Assembly: GCA_965645245.1 (NCBI GenBank)
Contig: OZ287071.1
Coordinates: 744,001-808,000 of the forward strand
From: Massalongia carnosa
Lineage: Eukaryota
Length of the DNA stretch: 64,000 bases
Reading direction: 5' to 3'
The notes below the pieces were generated by a model. It saw nothing but the letters and a program-made list of their open reading frames with translations. It was not told the DNA's origin and did no database searches. Within the stretch, counting starts at the first letter, position 1. Each line of letters begins with the position of its first letter. A program made the translations under genes and the position numbers. Below, in pieces: positions 1-12,219 of this stretch.

Positions 1-2616
1 GAGGATAGAGTCTTCTTGTAGCGCCCAGCATCGTAAGGCAACCCAAATAGTATATTATCCTTTATGGTAGCGTTCTCAATCCACGGGATCTGCGCAACAT
101 ATGCAGTTGCAGAATCGATGATCCAGTCGCTTTTATTTGCTTTATGGTCATGTCGATCTTTCACCGAAGGAGCCTTTGGGACTTTGATTTTTCCTGCCAT
201 GAGCTCCGCTTCCCCCAAGAAAGACGCTAATAAGAGGGTTTTGCCGCTACCCGTTTTTCCTGATATGACTGTGAGCTCTTTCTTCGGCAATCTAAAAGTT
301 ATACTCCTAAGCATAAACCTATCAGCTTGCTGCTGTTCTGAATCCGAAGGCCATGCGATTGAAGCGTTCTCAAAGACGATATCCTCGTTAGGGGTAATGT
401 AATCATCTTGCTCCGGGCCACCGAGATATTCACCGATTCTGAAAGCGCTCACCCAGGCTTCCAAAGCTTGTGCGGTCAGCTCGGGGATTATCGCCAGTAC
501 GGATTCAATCTGGGCGAAGATTGTGATAGTGGTGAAAGCGACCGAAGGCAGAAGACCTCCATGGAGCAAGCCATAAACAGCCAGTGACACTGCTGACAGC
601 ATCACCGGGCTGATAATCCATATCGTGATGAGCACAGTATCCCACAGAAAGACTCTTCGTTGTGCAGCAAGTTCCTCACTGCGTTTATCGCCGATCTTTG
701 CCTGCCATTGTTTTTCGAGGGCGGAGAATTTAATCTGTCTGATACCTTTATGATGTTAAAAAATACAACTCTGATCGATCATAACTTATTTAGAGAACCT
801 TTCGCTAGGTTAACTGATGGGGAAATAGATGTATAATGGAGCAGGCCTCCAGCCATCCAACTGCCTGACTTCGTGACTAGGTAAAAAAAACGCAGCCGAA
901 AAAGGATCGGTAGCTCGCACTTAAACTTAAAGAAACAAACCAGCTAGGAGTTGTATGGCATAGCTTTGATTCGTTCGTCGATCATAGACTGCGCTTGTTT
1001 TGCGAGCTGCGAGCTTTATGAACAGCCTGGCTTACCAATATAACGTACAAAGCAATCACACTAGTCTCCCCCAAGCAAAGCATGATCTTACAGGAAAAAG
1101 ATAGATCAAAACATACCTTGTAAAGCTTCCGTGACCACAACCATCTTTCGATCACGCGCGTTCATCAAGTCCGTCTGGCTTCTTGCATAGCTTTTGGAGG
1201 CATAAATATTGACCGGGGTGATGAGAACAGAAATGGCCATGCCCGCCAGGAGGCTTTCCCACCCGATTAATTTCACAAGAAATATAATACTAGCAGTTAG
1301 TTTAGCTGCCGTTTGAGAAAATATGAAATGAAAAGTAGCAAAATCAGAGATCCGCTTCGTATCTACCGCAAGCAGATTTATAATGCTTTGACGTGATTTC
1401 TGGATGTCTTCGTCGTTCTCGAGCTCGGGCACAACATCGAGCGTTTGTGGAACCGAATCTACACCTTTTACATCTTTCCGACGCATTGACTTGGCAAATA
1501 TCAAAGCTGATAACTCTGTACGAATGGGCAGGCCGAGCCTGGCCAACACAATCCAATGCGTCCATGTTTCCAACCAAGCTGCTAAAACAACGAAAACCCC
1601 AAGGCCCAGCACCCATGCCCAGGCTATCGCCGAGGTTGAAATGTCGTCGGTGCTCTGCTCTAGTAACTGTAACAGCTTGTACATTGCGAGTTGTGGTCCA
1701 AACTGAACGAATCCTTGGAAGGCTGAAAGCAAGGACTGTGCAATCAGTTCCTGATAGTGAAAGGCAAGCAGAGTTTTCCAGAGTCTTTCTTTCTGTTTCA
1801 TCGAACGAAAACAGCCATGTAGATATTCTGCACGTTGGTGAAAATGTAACTTGGGCAAATCTGTTAAAGCCAACCCGTTCACCCTTGCTGTGGCAAGATA
1901 TTCGCCAGCCCAAGTCCACGTCCATCGGTTAAGTGCTGAGACGGTGTATTGTTTGTCAACGGTTTGGCCTTGGTGTGATACTGAGGGCCGTCTAGGGAAA
2001 AGAAGAAACGAAACCAATGAAATCAACGCAGCGACAACCTGAACCGCAGTAAATATGCTTTGATGTCTAGGTAGTCCATGAGAGAACGATGAATATGTCC
2101 TTAGTGTATATTCAAGGCAGACAGCGGACATAAGAAAGAAACAAGCTATAGCAGCTTCGATGCCGAGATTGTATCTTCTGATGGAGCATCGCTCAAGGGA
2201 TACATTTATTACCAGAAATATTATGATCATCTGTGTCTCACGTCAGCTCCCAGACTTCTAGAAATCGGTTTGTTGTCATCAACCCAGCTTGCAAAGGTGA
2301 GCCAACCCCCAATAAAAAAGCCCTCGTTCTGATGGATGGTACTGGAAAGTGACCCAGCAAGCGATCCCAACGTCCCTAAAAGACACCCTGCGAAAATTAT
2401 GTACCCAGGCAGCATGTCAGAGTACTCGCTTTGGGATTCCACCGTGGCGCTGCCGTCCTGGTCTTCATAAAGCTTGTTGAGTCCATCATCGCTGCTGATA
2501 GACTTTTTCGGTCTCGCCCTGGTCAACAGACTTCCAAATGCTATCAGAAGAAGAATGAATAGGAGACCCAAGGCGATATGGCTGGGAGCAACCAAAGCAG
2601 CGCCGCCGTAGTCCAT
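1..2616 (-). CDS. ABCC (MRP/YBT1-like) ABC transporter, 5' part (N-terminal TM region, TMD1, start of NBD1); runs off the left edge
   Basis: ORFs 2227-2664 and 1106-2230 give TM helices and ABCC TMD1 motifs (INLLAVDTKRISDF, VVTEALQG). After the 746-1116 intron the frame continues IRQIKFSALEKQWQ, then a Walker A (GKTGSGKT, about 240-265) and AYVAQIPWIENATIKDNILFGLP. Start ATG at 2616 is inferred. Confidence 0.9.
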
Positions 2617-5229
2617 GATAATGTTCCACGCTAATCGGTGCGATAGACAAAGATTGTGCGGCACATTTTGTTTAAAAACCTAGTGTTTGGTGACTCATGT
2701 AGAAAGAAGTGTAGTCGGAGACGGATGAAAGATAAAGGGAATGATGTACCGCCGATTCACGCTATAGGGCTTACTCGAAGTCCCGGGTATTATCTTATAC
2801 TTCTGACATTAATACCTATTTGTTCACTAAGAGATTCAACTCCCACCAAATGCCGGCGTAAGAAGATATGCAAAGCCCTGAGACAGCAGTCCTATATCGT
2901 ACTTCTGAACGCGCGCTAGTGACCGAGAGTATTTCTCACGCCCGGACAGATCAGCGCGGGGTTCTGATTGGGTCGCAAAGGAAAGAAGGCGCATCTCACC
3001 TTCTCACTGATGGCGTTAACAGGGCTAAGTATTACAGTAATGTGGCCAGTAAAATCGATATCGATTTCGATTGCTTTTGTCCCACCTGAAGATTTACATC
3101 AAAATATTGTTTCGTTCCCCCAGAAACCATCATTGCTAACTAAGTATGTAATTAATCCACATCATATTGACTTGTCAGGGTGTTTTAATGATCCTTCGAC
3201 CGCTTGCCGTTGCCCTCAGCACGATCCGCCCAAACGCTTTAACCCGAACAATCTCCCAAAGTGGTTCGGTTCGTACTTAATAACGGAGAATGTGCTCCGG
3301 TAAGATTCCGTATCTCGTGGTCAGTCGTAGATGCTATGACTCAAATCTATCTCAATGAAATGGCATCATGCGACGGTAGAACGGCCATACCTTGTATCTG
3401 CCCATTCCCTCTCACGAAACCCATAGACTGGTTACTAGATGGCTGTCCCGGCCCAAGCAATGTGATGGTACGATTAGAAACCCTCTTGAGCTAAGTCCCA
3501 ATGCATTTATCACCTAGTTTTCTGAGGAGTAATGTGATCGAGCAGGACGTCTACGTTGGAATCTCTGAATCGTCCAGGAGGTGCGGTAAAGTGGAAAACT
3601 TTTTACAATCATGGCAGGCCTGGGACAAGCCTCGTTGGTGAAAACACGTGAAAGATTACGATAGATAAGGCTAGTCTACTTTTCATACTACAATTCAGGG
3701 TGCAGAGTATGATTTGAGGTTTGCTCCTATTGAAGCGGAGGAGGCGGGAGATAGAGGCGCCACGAGCCAGCGAAGAGAAGGGCGAAAGAAAGGTTTGAAG
3801 GACTTTAGTGGTGCGGTAGTAAGGTGGTAGGTAACTCCATCGACGGAGATGGACAAGAGAAAATAAGAAAGGCAGCATATGATCCCCAAGTATGATACCA
3901 AGGTAGATCAAGAGCGGCCTCGAGATAGGGAGTGACTTGAAAACAAGCAGTTGGAGCCAGGTCCGAAGGCTGATTTTCAGGAAGAGGGCGTCAATCTTAA
4001 CCAGTTCAGTTGTGTTGCTAGCATCTATGTAATCATTCTACTACACACAAAACAAATACGAGTGCACAATACTGCTGTGCAAAAGTTCTTTAGTTCTTCA
4101 TCACTGTTGTCGAGTCTCATGAGGGTCGAGTATCAAGTTGACCAATGAGGAGCGACCTTCAAAATCAAGAAATGGTGTTCTAGCCAAAGCAGTCAACATG
4201 GATTTGGATCTTGTGACAATATTCTTGGCCTATTGGTTAATGTTGGTTCATTTAGTAGAGTCAAATGGCTAGATCGCAAGATGCCACCTACCTTCCTCCC
4301 AACAAGATGGCTAGTTGGTTTTCTTTGCGTCCATGGGTTCCAAAGTGGACTGCCTTAACTAGTCATTTCTCGACACTGCAAATCGGAACGGTAAATACGC
4401 GGGTACAGGTGCCAATCATGATAAGTTGAGGGGAAGCTGCGGACCAGATGACTTGTCCTATGCAAAAATGGGCTATACGAGTTATCGCTCACAGACTTTA
4501 CTCTGGAGTTTTCGGATCCCTAGTCTTCCCATCTTCACGGTCTTTATCCATGCAAAGAGGATGGATCGAAAGTCTATCGGGGGGTTACATAACCCGATGG
4601 ATAGTGGAAGGCCCAGAGAAAGCTCACCTATCAACTCTAATCATGGCTTTTCAAACACTGCGCTCCCGATGTGAGCAAGCAATCGAATCCTTTCATAAAG
4701 TGTGAAGGCATCGAAACTCAAGTTGGTGCATTGATACTCTGTACAGGGTACTCTGTACAGAGTACTCCGTACTTTATACTTTATACTGTACCACCACAGA
4801 AAAGTCGCTGATGGTGAAACAGGACTTACGCGTATGCGCCTTCGTCCACCTCCTAACTGTGCTAAACTTTCACTAGCTGTATTTACCCTCACTAGCTGTC
4901 CACTAGGTGTAACTTACCCCCGAGGCGAGACAGAACATATGCGGAGAGCTCTCCTACAATCGATCTTTGGCGCTATATCAGCTTGCTTTTGATTTCCACA
5001 TTAATTGATCAACTCACTTTGTCCATGGTTTGATGCCCAAACCATCAATCAACCGGAGAGAGTCATTGATGCCATAAGTCTACTCGGTGCATACAAGGGA
5101 GTTCCCCAAACTATCGGCTGGAAAAGGGCACTATATTTGGCCGTGCAGTCAGTCTTTGTTGCAAGTCCTGCGTATCTTCAACAGCCAGAAACGGTCTCAT
5201 TGATTATCTCATAAGCTTGAACAGTCACG

Positions 5230-7589
5230 ATGAAGGCATCGCCGCTCTTAATATCATGGCACAACGACAACACCCCGATTTACTCGGTCCATTTCGAGCC
5301 TCACGGGAAAGGTCGGCTAGCAACAGGAGGGGGAGATAACAATGTCAGGCTGTGGAAGGTGGATCGAGATGGAGAGGAAAGAACGGTGACTTATTTAACG
5401 ACGTTGATCAGAGTGAGCTTGTCAAATGTTCTTCGCGGCCGTGGCTCTGGCTGATGAGTCTGTACAGCATACCCAAGCGGTAAATGTGGTTCGCTTTGCT
5501 CCTCGAGGTACTGAATCTACAATCATGCCTTAAGCCATATCGCTGACTTGGTTAGGTGAAATGCTCGCAACAGCGGGCGATGATGGCAATACGCTATTGT
5601 GGGTTCCATCGGATACCCATGTTCACGCATCAGCCCTTGGCGACGATGGACTCGAAGACAAGGAGACTTGGCGGGTCAAACACATGTGCCGCTCTTCGGG
5701 CTCAGAAATATACGATCTTGCCTGGTCCCCGGATGGCACTTTCTTCATTACCGGAAGTATGGATAACGTCGCGAGGATATACAACGCTCACAATGGTAAC
5801 TAGATCGTTTCCTTTGATCTGCCATGTGTAGCTTCTAATTGGAGCAGGACAAATGGTCCGACAAATAGCAGAGCACAATCACTATGTTCAAGGTGTAGCT
5901 TGGGATCCCTTGAACGAGTACGTTGCAACTCAGTCTTCCGATCGGTCGGTTCATATCTACAATCTCAAAACAAAGGATGGGCAGTTCACGCTTAATCAGC
6001 ACAACAAAGTTACAAAAATGGACTTACCTGGACGAAGGATCTCTTCAAGTAGTCCAGCTCCACCGGATCCTGGACTGCGGCCCTATATTGCCCCTGAGGC
6101 ATCCTCGCTCGCTCCTAGTTCGCCTGCACCTTCAATGCCTGGAACACCAACGTCCTTGGCGCTGCCAATGAACCCTCCCGCCATGTCTCATAGTCGACGT
6201 TCATCCTTCGGATCTTCCCCTTCCATTCGAAGATCTGCATCTCCGGCTCCCTCAATGCCACTGCCTGCTGTAAGACCTATGGAAAACTCCCCCAACCCGT
6301 TTGCGGCAAGTGGTTTTGCTGTAAAGAACGCGAATCTTTACGCCAACGAGACTTACACCTCATTTTTTCGAAGATTAACATTTGCTCCAGACGGTAGCTT
6401 ATTATTCACTCCCGCTGGGCAGTACAAAACCTCCCATCCTACAGATGGAGCCAAGAACTCCGAAGATGTAATCAACACGGTCTACATCTACACTCGAGCT
6501 GGACTCAATAAGCCACCAATAGCGCATCTTCCGGGACATAAGAAGCCGTCGATCGCAGTCAAATGCTCCCCAATATTCTACACCCATCGCCCTGCTGCGA
6601 AAAAAACCATTCAGATCACGATGGATACCACCTCCTCAGAGGAGTCGATGGCACCTCTACCCGATCCGCTGGTACCTTCCAAAGCACCAACAACGCATTC
6701 AGCGATGGACCCACCTCCACCGGCCAACACCGCAATGCCATCGCCTAACGATTTAATCAGGGCCCCTCTTTCTCCAAAGCCTTCAGACGGCGAGACTACC
6801 ACACCTGTACCTGGACCGCCGCCTGCTTTCGTTCTTCCATATCGAATTGTCTATGCAGTTGCTACGCAGGATGCAGTGCTTGTTTATGATACGCAACAAC
6901 AAACCCCCCTGGCTGTCGTAAGCAATCTCCACTATGCTACATTTACCGACATATCTTGGTACGTATCTCCATCCACTCCTCCCCCACGCTTCAGCTGAAT
7001 TTATACTAGGTCGAACGACGGGCTTACTCTGCTTATGAGCTCGTCCGATGGATTCTGCTCAAACCTCTCCTTCAATCCTGGCGAGTTAGGGCAAATGTAT
7101 ACCGGACACGTACCAACAGCCCACCATCCATCACCGGCGATATCTGCGTCTTCTTCGACTCATCCAACTCCAACCCCTACGCCCACTGCAGCTTCAACCC
7201 CGCAATCTGAAAAACCTTTTGTGCCCCTGACGGCAGCTTCGATTGCGCCTGCGCCATTAGTCAATCCACCCAGTCCGACGAGGTCAAACTCATCCTCGTC
7301 CATCATGACCCAGCCATCCCAAACCCAGACTTCGACGGGTGTAGTTACCAGCAACCCTACCCCGACCATTGGCAATGTTCCTAGCGTTTCGGCTTCCAAC
7401 TATTCGTTCACCGGCTTACCTTGGACAACTCCACCGCAAACACCCATGTCAGGTGTAATGAGTACCGCAAGCTCAGTAAGTGGCAGCGTTCTTGGGAAGA
7501 GAGATACGAGTGAATCCGAGCGAGAGGATCAAGCGGTGCAACCGAAGAAACGAAGAATAGCACCTACCCTAGTGGAGACTGATCCATAG
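5230..7589 (+). CDS. CAC2: Chromatin assembly factor 1 subunit B (p60/Cac2), WD40 protein, 5 exons
   Basis: MKASPLLISWH..PIYSVHF..RLATGGGDNNVRLW, HTQAVNVVRF, EIYDLAWSPDG, AEHNHYVQGVAWDPLNEY, SFFRRLTFAPDGSLLFTPAG, and a C-terminal B-domain-like KKRRIAPTLV. Introns at about 5413-5467, 5508-5555, 5796-5847 and 6959-7009. Confidence 0.95.
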
Positions 7590-8800
7590 GTAAGCATGAG
7601 TTCATGACAGGTTCGTGAAAATGAGCATGAGCAGATGGAGCAGGGATATTTGCAGCATGGTGTCTGGAGTAGAATTCTGTCGCGATCCTTGAGGCGGAGC
7701 TTCTGGTTAGGGATTCGATGGTGGCTAGACGTCCTTTGGGCAGGAATTAGTTGCGCCATCGCCACTGGATATCGCATGTAATGTGACAAGGAAGGGCCTA
7801 GGCGTGGTAGGTAGGATCCTTCTGTCCAATGGCATTCACAGAGCTGTGGTAGTATACTTTCACCGCAGGGCTAAGCAATCTACTTCGTTGGCCATTGTAT
7901 AAAAATTCCACAGTTCAGCTATTTATTGAATGATATTGAGTCTATAGCATTTGAATTCATTTCGTTCAAATCAATCATAGATTTTTCTCCTTAAATCCGC
8001 GCCGCTTCCCCCTTTGAATATGCAACGTAGAAATCTACAGATATGGCTATGTATGCATGTCAAGTTTACTCCCCCCCCGAGACCATAATAACCACGCATA
8101 ACCAAATCCCTCTCTCCAGAACCCTCACTCACCCGTCCACCTACCCTCTCCCCCCAACGACCCCAAACCGAGAGCCTTTCAAAAACGGCCAAAAAGCCAG
8201 ACGCCCCCTTATTCACCAGGTATTCCTATTTCGTATTCATTCATGTATATCCACACATATATAACGTATGGGGTACGCGATCATCCATCCATCCATACAC
8301 TGAAATAAGCACAATTTAGAAACGGAAATTCTGGGGATGAGCGAGCAAGAAGAGAGAGAGCGGAGAGTTTACTTATCCTGTTAGGCACGCCCGATAGCAG
8401 GGATTGGGGCTGGGCATAGGGAAGAGAAGTGAGGAGGGGGGGGGGGGGGGGTTTCTTCCTTTCTTTCAGGCAGACGGTGAATTGGATGGTGATAAAGGGA
8501 CGAAGGGAGAATTAAAAGGCAATCGATGTGGATCGGATTGTACCGGGACGGGAGAAAAAGAAATGGGGAAAAGATAGGTATAGAATAGGTATATGTATAC
8601 TCCGTACAAACATATGTTTTTAGTAGAAAAAACCCCCTCCCGCACCAAACGCCGCGCCATGCCATGCACGCAACACGCGAAACCAGAGAGGCGAGAGAGA
8701 CGAATGAAAGAATGAAGAAAGAAAAAGAAAAAAAACTTGTACAACACGCCCTCTCGCTCCCCTTGCTCTCCCCCATTCCCTTTCCTCCCAGAAATCCCCT

Positions 8801-9368
8801 CTACTCCCTAAAAACCCTCGGTTTCCACCCCTCACTGACCGCCCTCCTTTCCGCCTCCTCCCGCCACCCCTCCACCTCCCTCTCGATCCTCTCTCTCGCC
8901 CTCAACACCTTACTCTGCAGATAAAAGCTCCCCCCCCGCTCGACCTCGTTCGCGTCGAACAGCTGCTTGAAGCGCTCCATCACGGGGCCCATGTCGACCT
9001 CCGCGGCGCCTGCGCCCGTGGCGGAGGGGCGCGCTGGGGGCTTGACATTGAGGATCTGGCATGCTTCGCTTAGGGAGATGTTGCCGGTGGATATGCTGAG
9101 GGCGGATGGGGAGGAGGAGGAGGAGGAGGAGGAGGAGGCGCCGGGGGTGGATGAGGTGTATTTTTTGGTCGCGGAGGCTTGGCGCCAGGCTTCGGTTACG
9201 GCGCGGCCGAGCACGCGGGAGGAGATGGCGACGATTTGGAAGACGATGCGGTGGGCCTGTTTTTTATTTTGGGTGGTGGGTTTAGTGGGGTTGGAGGAGA
9301 ACGATTCGGGAGTGAGGGAAGGGCTCCGTTGGATTGGGGAAAGGTTTGGGGGGTTTAGGGCTTACCAT
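8801..9368 (-). CDS. PAM16: Mitochondrial import motor J-like co-chaperone Pam16/Tim16
   Basis: Exon 1 is the ATG alone (9366-9368), followed by a GTAAGC intron 9365-9257, then AHRIVFQIV..RVLGRAVTEAWRQA..ISLSEACQILNV..RFKQLFDANEVERGGSFYLQSKVLRARERIE. Confidence 0.93.
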
Positions 9369-9882
9369 GAGATTGGTTGAGGGGGTGGCGAGGGGAAACT
9401 ACTGGTGAAGTTTGACTCTTAATGTAAGAGAATAGCGGTTTGCGACGACGATGGGGACATGGTTGGCTTTTTGGGTGGGACTTTTTGGTAGTGGAGGAAG
9501 AAGTGAGATGCTCTTTTTTTGGAGGTGAATTTCGCCTTCTAGATTAGGTCTAGAGTAGGGACGCTGGCACGTGATTTCACTTCCAGCGATTCCTGGGACA
9601 TGATATGAAGGACATTCATTCGTCAGACATCATTTGAGAAACACTTGGCTCATTGATATGGTTGATAACTGAAACTCATTTCGCACGTAGGCACATACAC
9701 ACACACAAATATTACCGCCTCTAGCTGTCCCATGAGGCCAACGCGGCCATGGTTACCGTAACTAACGAAATGTAGTAACCTCGCAGAAAAGCTTGCGCAT
9801 CAAAGCCGGGTATTCCGCCTTTCCTCTTACTCTCCTTCATCTCTACTTCTCACCAACCCAACCGAACCGAGGAATGGCCAAA

Positions 9883-11498
9883 CTAAACTACCGTGGGTCT
9901 CTCCTCATCCCGTCCCCTCGTCTCAACGTTCCCATGACCATGTGCGCTCAAAACATCCTCGCGCCCCTCCTCCTCTTCTTCGTCGTCGTCCACGTACTCG
10001 CGGTGCGCACCCGCGGGGACCCAGAGCCCGCTCTCGCGGTCCCTAAGATTCGAGTCTTGGCCGGAGAGATCAACGCCTTCAGGGTTGCGCTGGCCTCGGG
10101 CTTGCTTTCGGCGCTGGGAGAGATTCGAGGCGCGGGTGCTGAGTTTGGAGCTGACGGCTGCGTTGGCGGAAACCCAATTGGTAAGAGCGTCTTCGCAGTC
10201 TTGGATGATGCTAAAGGCAAGAAAGTTGTTAGCTGCGAACGTGACAAGACATGGCAATTAGAAATCGACAGTAACGGGAAAACGTACGCCTTGCTGGCTT
10301 CATAACCGTCGTAAGCTTCGCGGGTCTCACCGGGAGTGACTGGAGTGTCATCAACAAGCTCTAGAAGATGCTTCCCGAAGCCGGCGATGATGGCAAGTTT
10401 CTCACTGTGCTCACGCAACGCATCAAATTGATAGGTGAAAGCGGCTTTTAGTTTCTCGCGGGTGATATTTGAAAGTTGAGCTTCTGCAACCAATGATTCG
10501 GCCTCGGCGCGGACGAGTTCTTGCTCAAGAACGACAATTTGAGGGCTATTAGGCTCTTTGTATTTGAGCTGGGCGATTTTGTCAGTAATTTTTTGTTTCC
10601 CTATAGATTTAAAGTAAGTTTTAGATCCCTAAGTGTAAGTGATGCGTCTAACGTACGATCTCTGCTCGGCTGTACGGAAGCTTCAATGTTGCGAATGCTC
10701 TTGATGGTCACACGATATTGATCGTAACGATCAACAAATTGATCTTCCAGTTCGCCAACCTCGTATATCAGAACACCAAGTTTATCCGTCACGTCTGAAA
10801 CATCGTCATCGCACGCTTCACCCCAGATCGAGAGTTGTTGCTGATTGATCGTTAGCGCCAAAGTCAGTCATTTATCCGATAAAAATACTTACAGCAACTT
10901 CCATTCTCTCCCTTCCCACGAGCTCCATGCTACGCATCACATTCTTCTCCATTTTTACTAGCTGCGATAACTTCTTCGCTAGATCCGGCCCAAAAGCGCC
11001 TGCGGTAGTTTTGCGGAAAGCATGCCCCGCACCACCTTGAAGTAGTAAGACAAATTAGTTTGTGTCATGGAAGTCAAATTCCGCCTGACTGTCATCCTAA
11101 TAACCTGATCCAGCATGTATATGTCTTGTAATAGTTGTGATCACTCGCAATGAAATCAAGGCCGGTAGAGAAGGCTATCAGTGTGAAGAAGTAGGTCGTC
11201 CATTGCAAAGAGACCTCTTCAGCTTGATGTATGGCTTTGGAGGAGGGGGGGATATAAATGCCACGAGAAAACCGCTAGGGTAGCAAATGTAACAGATCGG
11301 CGATCGGTTATTGAGTGGGCAGGCAACGGCACCACTCTCGCATCACACTTTTATTTATCGCAAGAGAAAATTGCACTTACCAAGTCCAGCTTTCCCAAAG
11401 AAACGACCCGACTTTGTTGATGAAGAAGGTGGAGGTGGATTCTGGATTTGCGAGGCTGTGGGAGCGCGCGACTGGCGCATTGAATATGTGCGGTGCAT
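9883..11498 (-). CDS. PIL1: Eisosome BAR-domain core protein (Pil1/Lsp1 family, PilA-like)
   Basis: Exon 1 (11498-11381, missed by the ORF track) reads MHRTYSMRQSRAPTASQIQNPPPPSSSTKSGRFFGKAGL. Later exons read HAFRKTTAGAFGPDLAKKLSQLVKMEKNV, QLSIWGEACDDDVSDVTDKLGVLIYE, LVRAEAESLVAEAQLSNITR, DDTPVTPGETR..IIQDCEDALTNW. Confidence 0.93.
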
Positions 11499-12219
11499 GA
11501 TGAGGCTGTGGGGTGGTGTAGTTAGGAGATTGTGTATGATTTAAAGGGTAGCAGATGTTCCTTTCTTGAGAGCAGAGCAGTCAATTTCGAAGGGGAGTAC
11601 CGAAAGGACGAGTCACGTATAAATATGTGAGAGGGGTTGTTTTTCGGATGAAATTAACTCAAGTTAAAGCAAAAACGCCTCTGACGGGCAATTCTGTCGC
11701 AAGATGACGTATGCACAAGCGGCACGAGCTCTGCTCAATCTAAAGGAGAAGGAAGCACAAGTTGGAGAATCGTGACCAATCAATCAAGAAGCTCAAGCTT
11801 GTCACACAACGGTGTGACAACCCATTCGCAGTCTGATCTGCACAGGGCGGCACGACAGTCTGACAGACTACTGTGTAACAACACCGAAACACCATTTCGT
11901 GCCTACTCGACACGATGTCCACCCCTTCCTCCAGCTCAGGAACAGGTGATTAGGAAGCTCGGGGAGATCTGCGTTGGGATGGCCTTACTCATTACGTCAT
12001 TCTCCTACCTTCCACCTGTTCATTTTCATTTAACGAATCCACCGCTTCTTACCGCCCTGATAGACTTCGAAGCGTGTGAAACAAATCCGAGACTCGAGCT
12101 GACATGCATCGAGCTAATTCTCTACCTACCATGGGGCGGAAACCCCACGCCAACTTGCTAGATATCTGTCCATAACGTCAATTCACCTCCATTCTTCGAG
12201 CGAGTGTAACCACTTGGCC

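Noticed and set aside
3200..3910. Faint resemblance of minus-strand fragments to a decayed amidase gene
   Set aside because: No intact signature motif could be assembled. It needs a translated search.
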